This document shows, one piece after another, positions 61,299 through 64,000 of a stretch of DNA of 64,000 nucleotides. The stretch comes from Nitrosomonas sp. GTDB lineage: Bacteria; Pseudomonadota; Gammaproteobacteria; Burkholderiales; Nitrosomonadaceae. Each line of letters starts with the position of its first letter. Position 1 is the first letter of the stretch. Both the position numbers and the translations under genes were made by a program. The notes beneath the pieces are model-generated. The model searched no databases and was not told where the DNA came from. It saw only the letters and a program-made list of their open reading frames with translations. The stretch is from contig JAJHPK010000038.1 in the NCBI GenBank assembly GCA_020890945.1, positions 9,898 to 73,897 of the forward strand. Reading direction: 5' to 3'.

Positions 61299-62939
61299 TC
61301 ATTTTTCAGGCTCGCCTTGCTGTCTTTGCAAATGCGCTTCGACATCTTTTTGGCTAAATCCGATCGCACTGGCAACCCGATCGGCATGACTCACTTTGGA
61401 TACGCCAGGGATCAAATGATGCGTTGGGCCACTAGATGCAAACTCCACTTGTAGATAACGTCCTATCTGATCACGTTGAAGCAATTCACACAATTCATGA
61501 TTATGGGTCACTAACAAAGTACTCGAACCGAGTTTATGAAACCCTTTCAAAATATATTCCGAAATCGTCATTTTTTCTTCAAATGTAGTGCCTTCGGATA
61601 ATTCATCAAGCACAACCAGACTGAGTGGCGTTGAATTGAAAAATATCTCACGCGTACGAGTCAGCTCATACGCAAAACGCCCCATACCTGCGCTCAAATG
61701 CCCTGGATCTGGCACTTGGTAATAAATATGTTCTGCGGGTACTAATTTTCCTTGCTTTGCTGGTATATAACAGCCAATCTGTCCAAGCAATTGAATTTGA
61801 ACGACTGTTTTACAATAAGCCGTTTTGCCACCGCTATTCGGTCCGGTAATGATTAAAATTCTTCCTTGTGCGTCCAATTGAATGTCATTCGGCACATAAT
61901 CAGTAATCTGATGAATCAATAAAGGATTTTTTGCGTAACTGACCATTAATTGATGCGAGTTTTCAGCAATGATATCCGGCAACGTTTTATCGACGATTAA
62001 TGTTTCCCCGTACTGATAAAATGATAGCAATTCATCGATCATGCCCAATGCTTCAATCGCTTTGGCTAGTTCAACGCTTTCTCGGAAATTTTTACGCAAT
62101 GGATAAATGATGGAATCACGATCAGATACCCCCATCGCTAATAAAATGATCGGAAATACCGGCACCGTCAAACCTAGAATCGCGTAACTGATGTAAGAAC
62201 CACGGAAGTCGGGCATCATCATTTCAATGAATAATAAAATCCCATATGAAGCCGCAAAAAATAATACCGCCGGAATCCATTTGAAAAGTGTAGGATGAAA
62301 TCGGCTAAAGAGATCAAATCCTGTTTTTTCTTTTTTGGTTTTAAACTTACCGTTATTCGAATAGACCGGGCCCTTCAGCAAATCATATAATCTCGATTGA
62401 CCAAACTCGCGAATAGCATCCAGCACAGTACGCAAATAAGGTGACTGCGGCGTAGGAATTTCAGCGGCTTTCTCCACTAAATCAATTACAAATTCGGTAC
62501 CATCCCGGTATTGCAGATACCCATAGCCGCCAAACTCAAGTTTATCGATACGCGAACTCGGTTCATCCGTAGCAAGTCCGCCAATAAACTCGCCGTATAA
62601 CAAATATTTCAATGATTTTTCATTTTTAGCTGCTTTTGTAACGAATTGCATCAAAGCGTCACGTAAATGCGAATTAGCCGCTATTTCTTTCAATGCCGCT
62701 TGCTTTTGTTGCACTATCTGCGCGTCAGATAACGGATGAGCAACGGAACGAAAAAGCATCAACTTTCCTGCTTCGGTTCGTGTCTTATCAATCGTTTGGA
62801 ATAATTTTTCGGCTTCAATCGCTGCAAAGGTCTTCGGATCAAGAACTGAAAAATCATTATCGTTTGGACGAATATCATCCATGTTTGTCGGCTGATCCGT
62901 AGCCGATTGAATCAATTTATTACGCCAAATATTAATCAT
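61299..62939 (-). CDS. Membrane-embedded MutS-family ATPase (domain III/V only; no mismatch-binding or Smr domain)
   Basis: Walker A ITGPNSGGKTAYCKTV, Walker B LVVLDELSEGTTFEE and the TH motif LLVTHNHEL are as in MutS domain V. The N-terminal TRTEAGKLMLFRSVAHPLSD..IV.QKQAALKEI matches the MutS domain III/clamp-entry motif. Two hydrophobic helices (WIPAVLFFAASYGILLFIEMMM and ISYAILGLTVPVFPIILLAMGV) sit in between. Confidence 0.75.
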   Translation of the reverse strand: MINIWRNKLIQSATDQPTNMDDIRPNDNDFSVLDPKTFAAIEAEKLFQTIDKTRTEAGKLMLFRSVAHPLSDAQIVQQKQAALKEIAANSHLRDALMQFVTKAAKNEKSLKYLLYGEFIGGLATDEPSSRIDKLEFGGYGYLQYRDGTEFVIDLVEKAAEIPTPQSPYLRTVLDAIREFGQSRLYDLLKGPVYSNNGKFKTKKEKTGFDLFSRFHPTLFKWIPAVLFFAASYGILLFIEMMMPDFRGSYISYAILGLTVPVFPIILLAMGVSDRDSIIYPLRKNFRESVELAKAIEALGMIDELLSFYQYGETLIVDKTLPDIIAENSHQLMVSYAKNPLLIHQITDYVPNDIQLDAQGRILIITGPNSGGKTAYCKTVVQIQLLGQIGCYIPAKQGKLVPAEHIYYQVPDPGHLSAGMGRFAYELTRTREIFFNSTPLSLVVLDELSEGTTFEEKMTISEYILKGFHKLGSSTLLVTHNHELCELLQRDQIGRYLQVEFASSGPTHHLIPGVSKVSHADRVASAIGFSQKDVEAHLQRQQGEPEK

Positions 62940-63077
62940 AAAATGCGTTATTGTGTCGCTGGTTAAAAATTACTTGAATAGCAATTGCTGGGTATTCAAT
63001 CTGAACATGTAAAATACGCATTTTTAAATTGAATTACAACTGATGCCTTATTATTTGTGGAACAATCGTTAAATCAC

Positions 63078-64000
63078 ATGAAACCTCCTACGCAGAAATC
63101 TTATCGATGGATGATTATCCTCATCACGATAAGCGTTGTAGTACTGGGTGGATGGTACTATTCACGCCCCAAACCCATACCGGTTGAAGTCACCGCGGTT
63201 GCTACCGGGAATGTTGAATCAACCATCGTCAACACTCGCGCCGGTACCGTAAAATCCTGTCAAAGATCGAATCTTGCGCCGGCTTCAGGGGGACAGATTG
63301 CGAAAATTTGGGTCAAAGAAGGTGATCACGTCCAAAAAGGGCAAGTCTTATTGGAGTTATGGAACCACGATTTACGTGCGCAACACGATTTGGCAAAACG
63401 TCAATTGACGACTGCGCAAGAACGCAAACGGGAAACCTGCATTTTGGCTGATAATGCGCAACGTGAATTTGTCCGCACAGAACAACTCTTGACAAAGGGT
63501 TTCGTCAGTTCGCAACGAGTCGATGATGCGCGTGCGAATGCAAGCTCCCGTCGAGCGAGTTGTGAAGCGACCATTTCGGATATCAAACGCGCTGAAGCAC
63601 AAATTCGCGTAACCGAAGCTACCATTGATCGCACCGTCATTACCGCGCCATTCTCTGGCATTATTGGACATATCAGCGGAGAATTGGGAGAATTCACGAC
63701 GCCCTCGCCGCCTGGAATTCCTACGCCGCCTACCATTGACTTAATTGACGACGGTTGTTTATACATTTCAGCGCCAATGGATGAAGTCGATGCACCGAAA
63801 CTTGAAATCAATCAAGAAGCTAGAATTACCCTGGATGCCATGCCAAACAAGACTTTTCCTGGCAAAATACGTCGTATCGCGCCTTTCGTAACCGAAATAG
63901 AAAAACAAGCGCGTACAGTGGATATCGAAGTTGATTTCCAACAAGCTCCGACACAGGGACTTTTGGTCGGGTACAGTGCTGATGTCGAAGTAGTACTGTC
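63078..64000 (+). CDS. Efflux periplasmic adaptor (HlyD/MacA-like), 5' part; continues beyond window
   Basis: Hand translation from the ATG at about 63078 gives MKPPTQKSYRWMIILITISVVVLGGWYY (TM anchor), then the lipoyl-like motif GGQIAKIWVKEGDHVQKGQVLLEL, a coiled-coil and ITAPFSGIIGHI. There is no stop before the window end, so it is absent from the ORF track. Confidence 0.82.
   Translation, partial: MKPPTQKSYRWMIILITISVVVLGGWYYSRPKPIPVEVTAVATGNVESTIVNTRAGTVKSCQRSNLAPASGGQIAKIWVKEGDHVQKGQVLLELWNHDLRAQHDLAKRQLTTAQERKRETCILADNAQREFVRTEQLLTKGFVSSQRVDDARANASSRRASCEATISDIKRAEAQIRVTEATIDRTVITAPFSGIIGHISGELGEFTTPSPPGIPTPPTIDLIDDGCLYISAPMDEVDAPKLEINQEARITLDAMPNKTFPGKIRRIAPFVTEIEKQARTVDIEVDFQQAPTQGLLVGYSADVEVVL

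Noticed and set aside
63313-63811. Three overlapping minus-strand ORFs of 60-136 aa at the window end.
   Set aside because: They are antisense to a well-supported MacA/HlyD-like adaptor CDS that runs off the window, and they have no independent signals.

Overview
The window reads as a chromosomal segment of an AT-rich betaproteobacterium. Conserved blocks are leuS-lptE-holA, smpB/ratA-rnfH, groES-groEL, tRNA-Leu-tig-clpP-clpX-lon, hemE, aroK/aroB-dgt and tesA/ybbA-ybbP. A homolog of the histidine-repeat small metal-binding protein SmbP and several copper proteins point to a Nitrosomonas-like ammonia oxidiser; this is inference, not a database hit. Most of the window is ordinary core genome, and I found no CRISPR array, rRNA or intact prophage. 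Six places do not look routine. (1) A tandemly duplicated cheW-mcp module lies at 0.66-5.6 kb. (2) A lower-GC (judged by eye) accessory stretch at about 12.4-17.9 kb carries decayed IS3-like and IS5-like elements. (3) A small AT-rich islet at 28.0-29.0 kb holds a 319-codon reading frame, ending in a nucleoside-deoxyribosyltransferase/TIR-like domain, that is split by one in-frame TAG. (4) An SbtA-like/PII-like pair sits next to a two-component system. (5) A translationally coupled, membrane-anchored pair consists of a multicopper oxidase with permuted copper-motif order and a very His-rich cupredoxin. (6) A membrane-embedded MutS-domain-V ATPase lies next to a Cys-rich secreted peptide. Items 3, 5 and 6 are my best candidates for undescribed biology, but none can be shown to be a new system from sequence alone. 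Start-codon refinements were computed from ORF-track coordinates. Coordinates of hand-located motifs may be off by 1-2 nt.
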